From: Patescibacteria group bacterium
GTDB lineage: Bacteria; Patescibacteriota; Minisyncoccia; Portnoybacterales; UBA2143
DNA: 24,000 nucleotides
Assembly (NCBI GenBank): GCA_042571625.1
Contig: JBHPFQ010000006.1
Coordinates: 4,458 to 28,457 of the forward strand
Direction: 5' to 3'
The notes beneath the pieces are model-generated. The model searched no databases and was not told the DNA's origin. It saw only the letters and a program-made list of their open reading frames with translations. Positions 1 to 7,719 of the stretch are shown one piece after another (the stretch's first letter is position 1; every line of letters starts with the position of its first letter). Made by a program: the position numbers and the translations under genes.

Positions 1-813
1 ACGAAGCTTAATAAGAACAGAAGAGATCTCCACTAAATTCAAACCATAATGCAGTCCTACTGCGGCCGCTGCTGCGGCCGCATAAACTTTTTGCTTTCCA
101 ATAATTTTACTAAGTTTAATAGGCATTATGCTTCCTTTATATTCTATTTTAAAAGAAACTCCAAAATTACTTTTTTCTAAATCATTAATTTTGGTTTCAT
201 AATTATTAATTCTTAAATCTGCTCCATAACCAAAACCATAATACATTGTTTTAATTTGTTTTGGCAGATCATCTCCAACCATCCTAACTGTTAAATCGTC
301 ATAATTCATAACTGCCAAACCATCATCTCCAAGCGATTTTACTAATAATGCTTTTTCCTCAACTAATTTCCCTTTTTCAGGAAAAAATTCTATATGGCTT
401 GGGAACTCTCCAATAGCTGTAAAAATACCTACTTTCACAGGAATAAAACTAAGTAAATATTCCATATCGCCAGGCTCAGCTACTCCCATTTCTAAGATTA
501 AAATTTCTGGATAATTATTATCCCATATAATTGTTAATCCGGCTTTCAGAAAAATCTTCAACCAAGAAAATAAAGAACTAAATTTCATTTCTGGAGATAA
601 ATCTTGTCCTAAAATAGTCAGAGGAACTCCTATCTCATTATTATAATTCTTAATATTCCTTCTAACTCTAAACTGCTTTTTTAAAACCCGATAAATAGCT
701 TCTCTTGTATTTGTTTTTCCAACACTTCCAGTAATAGCAATAATCTCAGGATCATATTTCCAAATAATAATCTTAGATAAAATCTTTAATATGTATTGAA
801 GAATTTTACGCAT
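1..813 (-). CDS. murF: Mur ligase, MurF-type (UDP-MurNAc-tripeptide--D-Ala-D-Ala ligase). N-terminal 271 codons only; the C-terminus lies outside the window.
   Basis: Absent from the ORF track because it is open at the window edge. The minus-strand frame from ATG 813..811 stays open to position 1. Translation: MRKILQYILK...EIIAITGSVGKTNTREAIY (Mur-ligase P-loop), NYNNEIGVPLTILG (MurF-like motif), ...KVYAAAAAAAVGLHYGL. It lies 6 nt after the ftsI stop in a dcw cluster. Confidence 0.7.
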   Translation of the reverse strand, partial: MRKILQYILKILSKIIIWKYDPEIIAITGSVGKTNTREAIYRVLKKQFRVRRNIKNYNNEIGVPLTILGQDLSPEMKFSSLFSWLKIFLKAGLTIIWDNNYPEILILEMGVAEPGDMEYLLSFIPVKVGIFTAIGEFPSHIEFFPEKGKLVEEKALLVKSLGDDGLAVMNYDDLTVRMVGDDLPKQIKTMYYGFGYGADLRINNYETKINDLEKSNFGVSFKIEYKGSIMPIKLSKIIGKQKVYAAAAAAAVGLHYGLNLVEISSVLIKLR

Positions 814-819
814 AAATTT

Positions 820-2553
820 CTACTGCGGAGGTATCTCAAAATAATTAAATAAATATTCTGCCAAATTTTTAAAAGATGGACTTACTGAATCAGACGCAAA
901 TCTAATATCTTTTGGCTTATCTAATTTTACCAGAATAACAAACCTAGAGTCAAAAGCAGGAGCAAAACCAACAAAAGTATGAATAGTATCATCTTCAGAA
1001 TATCCGCCTTTTTCTAAATCAGCAATCTGAGCTGTTCCTGTTTTCCCAGCTATGCTGTATCCATTTACCATGGCCGGTTTGCCAAAGCCATTTTCTACAA
1101 CGCTAACCATCATTTTCGTTAAATCTTTAATTGTTTCAGGAGATGCAATCTTTCCAGATACTTGAGGTTCAGTATTTATTTCTCTACCATCTGATTTTAT
1201 TATTTTCTGGACTAAAAATGGTCGCATTAAAATTCCTTTATTAGCTATCGCTCCAAAAGCGCTAACCAGCCCTATGGGAGTAACAGTTATACCCTGTCCA
1301 AATGAGATAACAGCCAAATCAAGAGATTGCCCCGCATAAAGATTTAAAAGATTTCCTCTAGCCTCTCCAACTATATCAATCCCTGTTGGCTCATCAAAAT
1401 TAAATCTTTTTAGAAATTCCACAAATAAATCCTGTCCTAATTCTTGTTGAACAAAAACAGCTCCAGTATTAAGAGACTTCTCTAAAACTTGTATCATTGT
1501 TTGTTCGCCATAAACCTTATTATCAACATTTCTAATAACATTTCCTCCAAATCTAACTTCCCCAAAATCTATATATTTAGTTAATGGCGTAACCTTTCCA
1601 TTCTCTATTCCAGCGGCCATTGTAAAAACCTTAAAAACTGATCCAGGCTCATAAGCTTTTTGAACTGCAGGATTAAGAAAAACATCAATATTCTCTACTT
1701 CGCTATACTTATTAAGATTAAAATTAGGCCAACTAGCCATTGCTCTTATAGCTCCACTTTTAGAATCCATAATAATAATAGTTCCGCTTTCTGCCTTCCA
1801 TTTTTCAGTCAAATAACTTAATTCTTTCTCAGCTTTAAATTGAATATTTTGATCAATAGTTAAAATAAGATCAGAACCATCTATCGCATGTTCAAATTTC
1901 TGACCAAAGATCGGTATCCAATATCCGTTAATATCTTTTTCGCCTGTTAAAAATCCTTCCTTTCCGCTTAACTCTTCTTCATAATATTCCTCAATACCAT
2001 ATTGCCCAATTTTCTCATTATTATCAATCCCTCCAACAAAACCAATCAAATGAGAAGCTAATGAATCATTTGGATAGTAACGCCAAATCTCATCTGACAA
2101 TTCTACTCCTTTAGCGTTTAATTCTATTATTCTACCCGCTGTTTCATCATCTATTTTATTTTTCAATGGCTCGTAAGGATCACCTTTCTTATTCATTCTT
2201 TGTAAAATAATTTCTTTATCTAATCCTAATAGTTCGCTCAATTTGCTAGATAAGCTATCTTTTTCTTCTTCTAAAATATTTTTAGGAACAATATAAGCTT
2301 TGCTAAATTCTTTATTAACAGCTATTGGATAGTATTTATCTTGTCCTTGTCTTTGACTAGCAGACAAATCCTGCGCAAATATCTCCCCTCTCTTAGGAAA
2401 TAATGTTTGATAAAGCTGATGTTGGCCTTGAGCTAAAGCACTATAATAATTATGCTGTAAAATCTGTAAAAAAAATAAGCGAGATAAAATCCCGCAACCG
2501 AGCAAAAGAATAACTATTAACAAAAACAAAAGACGCCCATTATCATTTTTCAT
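820..2553 (-). CDS. ftsI: Class B penicillin-binding protein / peptidoglycan D,D-transpeptidase (FtsI-like)
   Basis: 577 aa with an N-terminal TM helix. It carries all three transpeptidase motifs: SxxK (GSVFK), SxN (SLN) and KTG (KTGTA). Position after ftsL in the dcw cluster. Confidence 0.85.
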   Translation of the reverse strand: MKNDNGRLLFLLIVILLLGCGILSRLFFLQILQHNYYSALAQGQHQLYQTLFPKRGEIFAQDLSASQRQGQDKYYPIAVNKEFSKAYIVPKNILEEEKDSLSSKLSELLGLDKEIILQRMNKKGDPYEPLKNKIDDETAGRIIELNAKGVELSDEIWRYYPNDSLASHLIGFVGGIDNNEKIGQYGIEEYYEEELSGKEGFLTGEKDINGYWIPIFGQKFEHAIDGSDLILTIDQNIQFKAEKELSYLTEKWKAESGTIIIMDSKSGAIRAMASWPNFNLNKYSEVENIDVFLNPAVQKAYEPGSVFKVFTMAAGIENGKVTPLTKYIDFGEVRFGGNVIRNVDNKVYGEQTMIQVLEKSLNTGAVFVQQELGQDLFVEFLKRFNFDEPTGIDIVGEARGNLLNLYAGQSLDLAVISFGQGITVTPIGLVSAFGAIANKGILMRPFLVQKIIKSDGREINTEPQVSGKIASPETIKDLTKMMVSVVENGFGKPAMVNGYSIAGKTGTAQIADLEKGGYSEDDTIHTFVGFAPAFDSRFVILVKLDKPKDIRFASDSVSPSFKNLAEYLFNYFEIPPQ

Positions 2554-2573
2554 ATTCTATTTTTTATTTTATC

Positions 2574-2909
2574 CTATTGTTTTATTATTGCAACCGATTT
2601 GTCTTTATTCAAATAAATCACTTCACTTGCATCAATTAAATTCAATGGCTGAATTAACTTATCAAGATTTGCTGGAGATTGACATTGCGCTGACTCTGTT
2701 TCTAGCTCTTTATTTTCAAATTGCAAATCTCCAAGATTTTCTTTTAATTGCCTAATTTGATAACTATATCCGACTAATCCATTCGCTTGAATTAAATAAA
2801 GAATTCCAAGAAAAAAAACAGAACATATGACTACCAAGCTTAAAATAGCACGGCCCCTATTATTCTGATATGATGTATGGATTCTTTTTGATTTGATATA
2901 GTTTGTCAT
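2574..2909 (-). CDS. ftsL: Small bitopic cell-division protein (FtsL-like)
   Basis: 111 aa with one TM helix (AILSLVVICSVFFLGILYLI) followed by a coiled-coil-like segment (QIRQLKENLGDLQFENKELE). It sits in the canonical slot between rsmH and ftsI. Assignment is by position and architecture only. Confidence 0.55.
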   Translation of the reverse strand: MTNYIKSKRIHTSYQNNRGRAILSLVVICSVFFLGILYLIQANGLVGYSYQIRQLKENLGDLQFENKELETESAQCQSPANLDKLIQPLNLIDASEVIYLNKDKSVAIIKQ

Positions 2910-2912
2910 AAT

Positions 2913-3857
2913 TTATATTTTTATGCAAGCTCGGAGTTTAGCGCTCCTGCTTCTATGATTTATTTTTATTTCTTCTATTGTTGGAACAATCGGTTTTTTC
3001 GTTAATATTTTTAATTTATTATTCTTTGCCTCATCTCGAAAAAAATTTTTAACAATTTTATCTTCTAAAGAATGGAATGAAATTACTACTAATCGGCCAT
3101 TTAATTTTAAAATTTCTAGCGCTTGAGGCAATGTTTTTTTTAAATTTTCTAGTTCGTTATTAACTGCTATTCTTAATGCCTGAAAAACTTTAGTCGCCGG
3201 ATGGATTCTTCTGATTTTTCTATGTGGATACGCTCTAATTATCAATCCAACTAATTCATAAGTTGTTTCTATTTTCTTTCTTTTTCTTTCTTCAATAATT
3301 TTCCTTGCAATTCTCCTGCTAAATCTTTCTTCGCCATATTCATAGAAAATTCTTTCTAACTCTTCCTGAGCCCAATCATTAACAATCTCTCTTGCTGTTA
3401 AAGAATTATTCAAATTCATTCTCATATCTAATGGCTCTGTTTTTTGAAAAGAAATTCCACGTTTACTTTTTTCCAATTGCCAAGAAGAAATTCCCAAATC
3501 CAGTAAAATTCCATCTGGAGAAAAATCACCAGCCAACTTTTTCAAATCAACAAAATTTCCATGCTTTAAAATTAATCCATTAACACTTTTCAAATTCCTT
3601 AAAGATTCTTCATCTTGATCAATTCCTAAAACTTCTCCTCCTCTTTTAATAATTTCAAAACTATGTCCTCCTAATCCAATTGTGCAATCAATAAATTTTT
3701 CTCTTGGCTTTGGATTAAGATATTCTAAAACTTCTTTTAATAGAACTGGTTTGTGAAGCTTGTCCTGAAAAGAGTTAAGGATTATATCCCCAGCTCGTTC
3801 ATCTTCTCGGCTATTGCCTGAACTTTCTTTGTGGTTTGCTTTTTGTATGATTCCCAT
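2913..3857 (-). CDS. rsmH: 16S rRNA (cytosine1402-N4)-methyltransferase RsmH/MraW
   Basis: Contains HKPVLLKEVLEYL, the SAM-binding motif DCTIGLGGHS, DLGISS and SFHSLEDKIVK. It follows mraZ. The ATG at 3857 is preceded by GAGGA but overlaps mraZ by 76 nt. No ATG, GTG or TTG lies between the mraZ stop and the conserved HKPVLL. Confidence 0.9.
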   Translation of the reverse strand: MGIIQKANHKESSGNSREDERAGDIILNSFQDKLHKPVLLKEVLEYLNPKPREKFIDCTIGLGGHSFEIIKRGGEVLGIDQDEESLRNLKSVNGLILKHGNFVDLKKLAGDFSPDGILLDLGISSWQLEKSKRGISFQKTEPLDMRMNLNNSLTAREIVNDWAQEELERIFYEYGEERFSRRIARKIIEERKRKKIETTYELVGLIIRAYPHRKIRRIHPATKVFQALRIAVNNELENLKKTLPQALEILKLNGRLVVISFHSLEDKIVKNFFRDEAKNNKLKILTKKPIVPTIEEIKINHRSRSAKLRACIKI

Positions 3858-4213
3858 TTTTCCTCATTCCAAATTTCTATTCTATTATATAGACCAGTTA
3901 TAACAGCTTTTTTATTCAAGCCAGAATATTCTTTTAAATAATCAGGAATCAATATCCTTCCTAATCGATCTAATGGCGCTTCCATTGCTCCAGCAAGCAT
4001 CAATCTGGCAAAAGCACGACTATCAGCTCTACTAATCGGCAATTGAGATAATTTTGCAGCCATCTGCTCCCATTCTTTCATTGGATAAAGATATAGACAA
4101 TCATCAAGACCTCTTGTTATAACCGCTTTTGTTCCTAATTCTTTGCGAAATTTAACTGGAACAGCTAATCTCTTTTTTGCGTCAATTGTATGAAAATATT
4201 CTCCAATGAACAT
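3782..4213 (-). CDS. mraZ: Transcriptional regulator MraZ
   Basis: MFIGEYFHTIDAKKRLAVPVKFRKEL is the canonical MraZ N-terminus, and a second DxxxR-type half (LDRLGRILIP) is present. I place the start at ATG 4213 rather than the TTG at 4225 used by the ORF track. First gene of the dcw cluster. Confidence 0.9.
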   Translation of the reverse strand: MFIGEYFHTIDAKKRLAVPVKFRKELGTKAVITRGLDDCLYLYPMKEWEQMAAKLSQLPISRADSRAFARLMLAGAMEAPLDRLGRILIPDYLKEYSGLNKKAVITGLYNRIEIWNEEKWESYKKQTTKKVQAIAEKMNELGI

Positions 4214-4318
4214 AGTTATCCACAATTTACCTTAGTTATCCCCACTTTCATCCACAATCTTACACCGTATCTCCATTATATTCCACTTAATTATCCCTGT
4301 CAAACACAATTAATCCAC
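4214..4318 (-). promoter_or_regulatory. Array of five same-orientation GTGG(A/G) boxes; candidate MraZ operator
   Basis: Plus-strand CCAC at 4220, 4242, 4252, 4283 and 4315, spaced 22, 10, 31 and 32 bp. Minus-strand boxes read GTGGATAAC, GTGGGGATAAC, GTGGATGA, GTGGAATA and GTGGATTA. They bracket and follow the promoter. Confidence 0.5.
4275..4303 (-). promoter_or_regulatory. Sigma70-type promoter of the dcw cluster (exact consensus)
   Basis: The minus strand reads TTGACA (4303..4298), a 17-nt spacer, then TATAAT (4280..4275). It lies about 55 nt upstream of the mraZ ATG and directly after a terminator. Confidence 0.6.
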
Positions 4319-4319
4319 A

Positions 4320-4355
4320 GAAAAAATAAAAACTCGCATCATATAAGATACGAGT
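4320..4355 (-). terminator. Rho-independent terminator after the flippase-like gene
   Basis: The minus strand reads ACTCGTATC-ttatat-GATGCGAGT: a 9-bp stem with one G-U pair and a 6-nt loop. It is followed by TTTTTATTTTTT. Confidence 0.65.
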
Positions 4356-4381
4356 ATTAATAATATTATTATTAATATTAT

Positions 4382-5425
4382 TTAATCATCCGAAGTCATA
4401 TCATTAATTTTTTTACCAAATCTGTTTAATCCTCCAAATGCTTTATGTTTCCAAACTTTAATCTGAAAAAGAAAAAGAAAAGATAAACCAATAATTACTC
4501 CGATTATTTGCAATACTCTAATAATTAAAGTAAATGCTACTCCGTTATATCCACCCAAGCCAAATAAATTAAAGAATATTGCCTGTGAAGTTTCATGAAT
4601 TCCTAAAGAGCCTGGAACCGGAACAAAATACATAATCGCCGTAACTGCCATAAAGCCAAGAACCTGAAATATATTAACTTTCACTTGTAAAAAAGTAATT
4701 ATCAACCAAGCAGCACATAAATAGAACATCCTACCAGCAAAAGCAAGCACAAATGCAGAAATTAGATATCTTGTATTATGAACAAATTCATAAATAGAAT
4801 GTTCAATATCCTGAATATTGCTAGATAATTTTTTAACCTTGCCTACCCTATTTAGCCAAAAGAAATTGATCAAACTAGTAAAAAATCCTTTTCCACGGAA
4901 TGCGCGTGAATAAAAAAGATAACCAGACACAAGCCAGATAAAAACAACTGACCAAATTATCAAGTTTAACCAATTAGGCAAATTAAAATAAATCAAAATA
5001 TATGCCAATCCAAAAAGCATTATCATAGCTCCAACAGTCATATCAATAGCTTTATCAACAATAATTGAAAAAATATTTGTTGTCCAATCAAGATTGCTTT
5101 CTTCGTTCAAAATCATTCCTCTTAATGCTTCTCCGCCAAAATATACGCTTGGAGTCAGATAACTCAAAGTAAAACCAACAACACGTGCTTTAAGCGCGGT
5201 CCAAAAAAAAACTTTTTCTTTTGATCGACTTGATATAATAAATTTCCATCGGAAAATAGAAATAAGAAATGAAATTAAAAATAAAAACATTACTAATAGA
5301 AATTGCCACCATGACAAAATATTAGCTGAATTCCAAATTTGCTCCCAACTAAATTTTTGCAAAGCAAAAACAAAAAAAATAATTCCTAAAACTAATGATA
5401 AAAAAACTAAAAGAAATTTTTTCAT
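4382..5425 (-). CDS. Polytopic membrane protein, flippase-like / lysyl-PG-synthase TM-region family (UPF0104-like)
   Basis: 347 aa with about 8 predicted TM helices. The N-terminal pattern (LQKFSWEQIW ... IFRWKFII) is typical of that family. Recognised by eye only. Confidence 0.5.
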   Translation of the reverse strand: MKKFLLVFLSLVLGIIFFVFALQKFSWEQIWNSANILSWWQFLLVMFLFLISFLISIFRWKFIISSRSKEKVFFWTALKARVVGFTLSYLTPSVYFGGEALRGMILNEESNLDWTTNIFSIIVDKAIDMTVGAMIMLFGLAYILIYFNLPNWLNLIIWSVVFIWLVSGYLFYSRAFRGKGFFTSLINFFWLNRVGKVKKLSSNIQDIEHSIYEFVHNTRYLISAFVLAFAGRMFYLCAAWLIITFLQVKVNIFQVLGFMAVTAIMYFVPVPGSLGIHETSQAIFFNLFGLGGYNGVAFTLIIRVLQIIGVIIGLSFLFLFQIKVWKHKAFGGLNRFGKKINDMTSDD

Positions 5426-5859
5426 AATTTAATAATTAAAATGCCCGCAATAAAAATTAAAAACATTACTAATAAACCTGGCAATAGCGAAAGATCCATA
5501 TTAGCATGAACAATATTATGAAATATAGATAAATATTCAAGACAATCTAATCTTAAATAAAATATTACAACTTGTAAAATATCCGGGAGAATTGAAGCTC
5601 CAGCTCCGACTAATATAAATAGTTTATTCTTTGAAAATCTTATTATTAGCAATACAATCAACAAGCCAATCATCAAATCAATGAATATCTTTAAAACATT
5701 TATTGGAATAAAAATATTTTCAAGTTCGCAAACATATTCCCAATGCGGAATAAAATCAAGAATATAATGACTGAAAAAACCAAAAATAAAAGCCCAGAAA
5801 ATATTCTTGCTTCGGGTCCCTAATGCTCCGCCTATAATAATATGTGAAGAAAGGATCAT
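5422..5859 (-). CDS. Small membrane protein, YdjM-like putative membrane-bound metal-dependent hydrolase
   Basis: 145 aa with 4 hydrophobic helices and His-rich motifs (FFSHYILDFIPHWEY, FHNIVHAN). Its TGA stop overlaps the ATG of the downstream gene (ATGA). Confidence 0.4.
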   Translation of the reverse strand: MILSSHIIIGGALGTRSKNIFWAFIFGFFSHYILDFIPHWEYVCELENIFIPINVLKIFIDLMIGLLIVLLIIRFSKNKLFILVGAGASILPDILQVVIFYLRLDCLEYLSIFHNIVHANMDLSLLPGLLVMFLIFIAGILIIKL

Positions 5860-5889
5860 GTGTACAATAAAAATATAAAACTAAATTAG

Positions 5890-5961
5890 TGGACGATACT
5901 GGGATCGAACCAGTGGCCTCTGCAGTGTGAATGCAGCGCTCTGCCACTGAGCTAATCGTCC
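5890..5961 (-). tRNA. tRNA-Val (anticodon CAC)
   Basis: 72-nt cloverleaf: GGACGAT TA GCTC AGTGGCA GAGC G CTGCA TTCACAC TGCAG AGGCC ACTGG TTCGATC CCAGT ATCGTCC A. No CCA is encoded. Confidence 0.9.
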
Positions 5962-5966
5962 TATTA

Positions 5967-6542
5967 TTATATCTTTAACTTATTAATTAATTTCTCATGA
6001 GGCTGTTCTAGAACATCGCGAAGAAATCTATCAAACATCTTATAACGATAATCAAATTCAGCCGTATCTAAAATCACATAATCAATTTCTTTCCCAACGT
6101 CCGCCTCTAAATCAGCTAATAAATTAGAAATCTTTCTCTTATTAATATTATCCCCTACCAACATAATATCAACTCTAGAATTCTCAGCATTAATTAAAAC
6201 GCCAGAAATAATAGCCAATTTTACTCCACCCAAAGACCTTATTTTTTTTAGTATTTTCTTTTTTGACGTCGGGCTTGATTTTAAAATAAGAGTTTTTAAT
6301 TCCTTATAAAAATCAAAATATGGATTAACAGAATAAATCTTTTTCTTATCTCTTCTACGAGTAACAACAAATCTAATATCATGCAATTTTTTTAATTCTC
6401 TTTTGCATGGAGAAGAGCTACTTTTGATTCTTCTAGCTATTTCGAAAAATGTAAATGATTGATCTTCATTACGTAAAAAAAGCTTTAATAATTTTACTTT
6501 AACGGGAGAATTAAAAATTTGTTCTAAAACTTCTTTTGCCAT
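5967..6542 (-). CDS. Hypothetical protein: N-terminal winged-helix DNA-binding-like domain plus C-terminal nucleotidyltransferase-like segment
   Basis: 191 aa. FTFFEIARRIKSSSSPCKRELKKLHDIRFVVTRRRDKKKIYSVN looks like a wHTH. ISGVLINAENSRVDIMLVGD resembles the G/S...DxD core of minimal nucleotidyltransferases. No firm family assignment. Confidence 0.4.
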   Translation of the reverse strand: MAKEVLEQIFNSPVKVKLLKLFLRNEDQSFTFFEIARRIKSSSSPCKRELKKLHDIRFVVTRRRDKKKIYSVNPYFDFYKELKTLILKSSPTSKKKILKKIRSLGGVKLAIISGVLINAENSRVDIMLVGDNINKRKISNLLADLEADVGKEIDYVILDTAEFDYRYKMFDRFLRDVLEQPHEKLINKLKI

Positions 6543-6554
6543 ATTTTTATCTCT

Positions 6555-6597
6555 AAAAATTAATATCCGTTATTGCTTACAAGCAATAACGGATATT
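6555..6597 (-). terminator. Strong rho-independent terminator after rplL
   Basis: Perfect 17-bp inverted repeat AATATCCGTTATTGCTT / AAGCAATAACGGATATT (6562-6578 / 6581-6597). On the minus strand it is followed by AATTTTT. Confidence 0.75.
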
Positions 6598-6637
6598 ATT
6601 ACCAGCTAGCATAACTGGCATTATTATAACTTAAAAA

Positions 6638-7060
6638 TTATTTTAATTCAACGATTGCTCCAGCCTGTTCCAATTTTTTCTTGATTTCTTCCGCCTCTTC
6701 TTTTTTAACTCCTTCTTTAATAACCTTAGGAGCTGCGTCAACCATATCTTTAGCATCTTTTAATCCAAGCCCTGTAATTTCTTTAACAACCTTAATAACG
6801 GAAATCTTTTGTTCGCCAATATCCTTTAATTCGATATTAAACTCTGATTTTTCAGCTTCCCCAGCACCAGCTTCTCCAGCGCCAGATGCTGTAGTGGCAA
6901 CAGCTGCGACAGGCATAGCGCTAACACCAAATTTTTCTTCTAAAACTTTAACTAGCTCTGATAGATCCAAAACACTAAGTTCTTCAATTTGTTTTACCAA
7001 ATCTTTGAACTTTGTTGGAACTTCAACTTCTTGTTTTTTTTCTGATTTTTCTTCTGTCAT
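6638..7060 (-). CDS. rplL: 50S ribosomal protein L7/L12
   Basis: Contains [19 protein letters not shown], an Ala/Gly/Glu hinge and the C-terminal domain [48 protein letters not shown]. Confidence 0.95.
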   Translation of the reverse strand: MTEEKSEKKQEVEVPTKFKDLVKQIEELSVLDLSELVKVLEEKFGVSAMPVAAVATTASGAGEAGAGEAEKSEFNIELKDIGEQKISVIKVVKEITGLGLKDAKDMVDAAPKVIKEGVKKEEAEEIKKKLEQAGAIVELK

Positions 7061-7108
7061 AATTTTATATTAAATCGTAAACCTAAACTAACTATATAAT
7101 TTGTTAAT

Positions 7109-7630
7109 TTATGCTTCGGATTTTATATTGCTTAATATATATGTTAATTTTCTCATATTTCCCTGAAAAGCATTAAGTAATCCCGACATTGGAGATGAAA
7201 TACTCCCAACGACTTTTGCTAATAATTCTTGCTTTGAAGGAATTGTCGCTAACTTAACCATTCCATTGCTATCTATATATTCTCCCTGAACTAATCCAGC
7301 TAACATCTTCAAATTTTCATTACTTTTAGCAAAATTATATAAAATTCTAGCTGGCAAAACTTCATCATCATATCCAAGCGCAACAGAAATCTGTCCATTT
7401 AAATCCTTAATTTTTACATTGTCTCCTAATCCAGATTGTTTTAATGCTAAATCAATTAAACTTTTCTTAGCAACCCTATAATCAATATTTTGCTCTCTTA
7501 ATTTTCTACGCAATTCTTGCGCTTGATTAACTGTTAATCCAGAATAATCAGAAAAAACAATCGCCTTTTGTTTAGAAAACTTATCTGCTAATTCTTTAAT
7601 AATTTCTTTTTTCTTTTGTTTTGTAATCAT
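7109..7630 (-). CDS. rplJ: 50S ribosomal protein L10
   Basis: MITKQKKKEIIKELADKFSKQKAIVFSDYSGLTVNQAQELRRKLRE is the canonical L10 N-terminus. I place the start at ATG 7630. The ORF-track GTG at 7669 would add 13 residues that lie inside the leader hairpins. Confidence 0.9.
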   Translation of the reverse strand: MITKQKKKEIIKELADKFSKQKAIVFSDYSGLTVNQAQELRRKLREQNIDYRVAKKSLIDLALKQSGLGDNVKIKDLNGQISVALGYDDEVLPARILYNFAKSNENLKMLAGLVQGEYIDSNGMVKLATIPSKQELLAKVVGSISSPMSGLLNAFQGNMRKLTYILSNIKSEA

Positions 7631-7713
7631 AAAAAATCTATGGCAAAACCATAGACAAAAACTACTCACCTCGATAGGACTTAAATGCCTATTGTCTATG
7701 GCTATTTAATATT
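7631..7713 (-). promoter_or_regulatory. Structured rplJ 5' leader with alternative antiterminator and terminator helices (L10-leader-like attenuator)
   Basis: On the minus strand, CCATAGACA (7701..7693) is the perfect complement of TGTCTATGG (7657..7649). The same TCTATGG can instead pair with CCATAGA (7643..7637), giving a 7-bp stem with loop TTTTG. That hairpin is followed by TTTTTT and then the ATG. Confidence 0.55.
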
Positions 7714-7719
7714 GAGTTT

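Noticed and set aside
61-81. Two NotI sites (GCGGCCGC at 62-69 and 74-81) forming a GC-only island in otherwise AT-rich DNA.
   Set aside because: The island simply encodes the conserved poly-Ala stretch of the Mur ligase (YAAAAAAAVG). There is no repeat or mobile-element context.
4214-4225. The track's MraZ start at TTG 4225 (MWIT-MFIGEY).
   Set aside because: MFIGEY is the conserved MraZ N-terminus, and the four extra codons coincide with the last GTGGATAAC box.
4214-4320. A cluster of DnaA-box-like 9-mers read on the plus strand: TTATCCACA (perfect consensus), TTATCCCCA, TCATCCACA and TAATCCACA. This raised the possibility of a replication origin.
   Set aside because: All boxes share one orientation. 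They sit in a 156-nt spacer between a terminator and the mraZ start, wrapped around a consensus promoter. There is no adjacent dnaA or dnaN, no separate AT-rich unwinding element and no switch in gene orientation here. The same core (GTGG) fits an MraZ operator better. DnaA binding is not excluded and would need ChIP or EMSA.
4356-4381. An A/T-only near-palindromic run (TATTAATAATATTATTATTAATATTA) just after the flippase-like gene stop.
   Set aside because: It is low-complexity A/T sequence with imperfect symmetry. Such runs are expected by chance at this base composition, and the real terminator hairpin lies just downstream.
5756-5947. 63-aa minus-strand ORF from the track (MAERCIHTAEATGSIPVSSTN...).
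   Set aside because: Its 5' part is simply tRNA-Val (5890-5961) read as codons, and its 3' part overlaps the real YdjM-like CDS out of frame.
6638-7060. A roughly 14-residue charged N-terminal extension on L7/L12 ([15 protein letters not shown]).
   Set aside because: It could be real or could reflect use of an internal TTG (..[10 protein letters not shown]..). The extension is short, low-complexity and of no obvious consequence, and the sequence alone cannot decide the start.
6681-7073. 130-aa plus-strand ORF antisense to rplL.
   Set aside because: It is a shadow ORF opposite a highly conserved ribosomal protein gene. The product is a low-complexity Ser/Ala/Thr-rich translation with no start context.
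7631-7669. The track's longer L10 ORF, starting at GTG 7669 (MSSFCLWFCHRFF-MITKQ...).
   Set aside because: The 13 extra residues are non-conserved and Cys/Phe/Trp-rich, and they are encoded by the leader hairpin arms. The canonical L10 N-terminus begins at ATG 7630.
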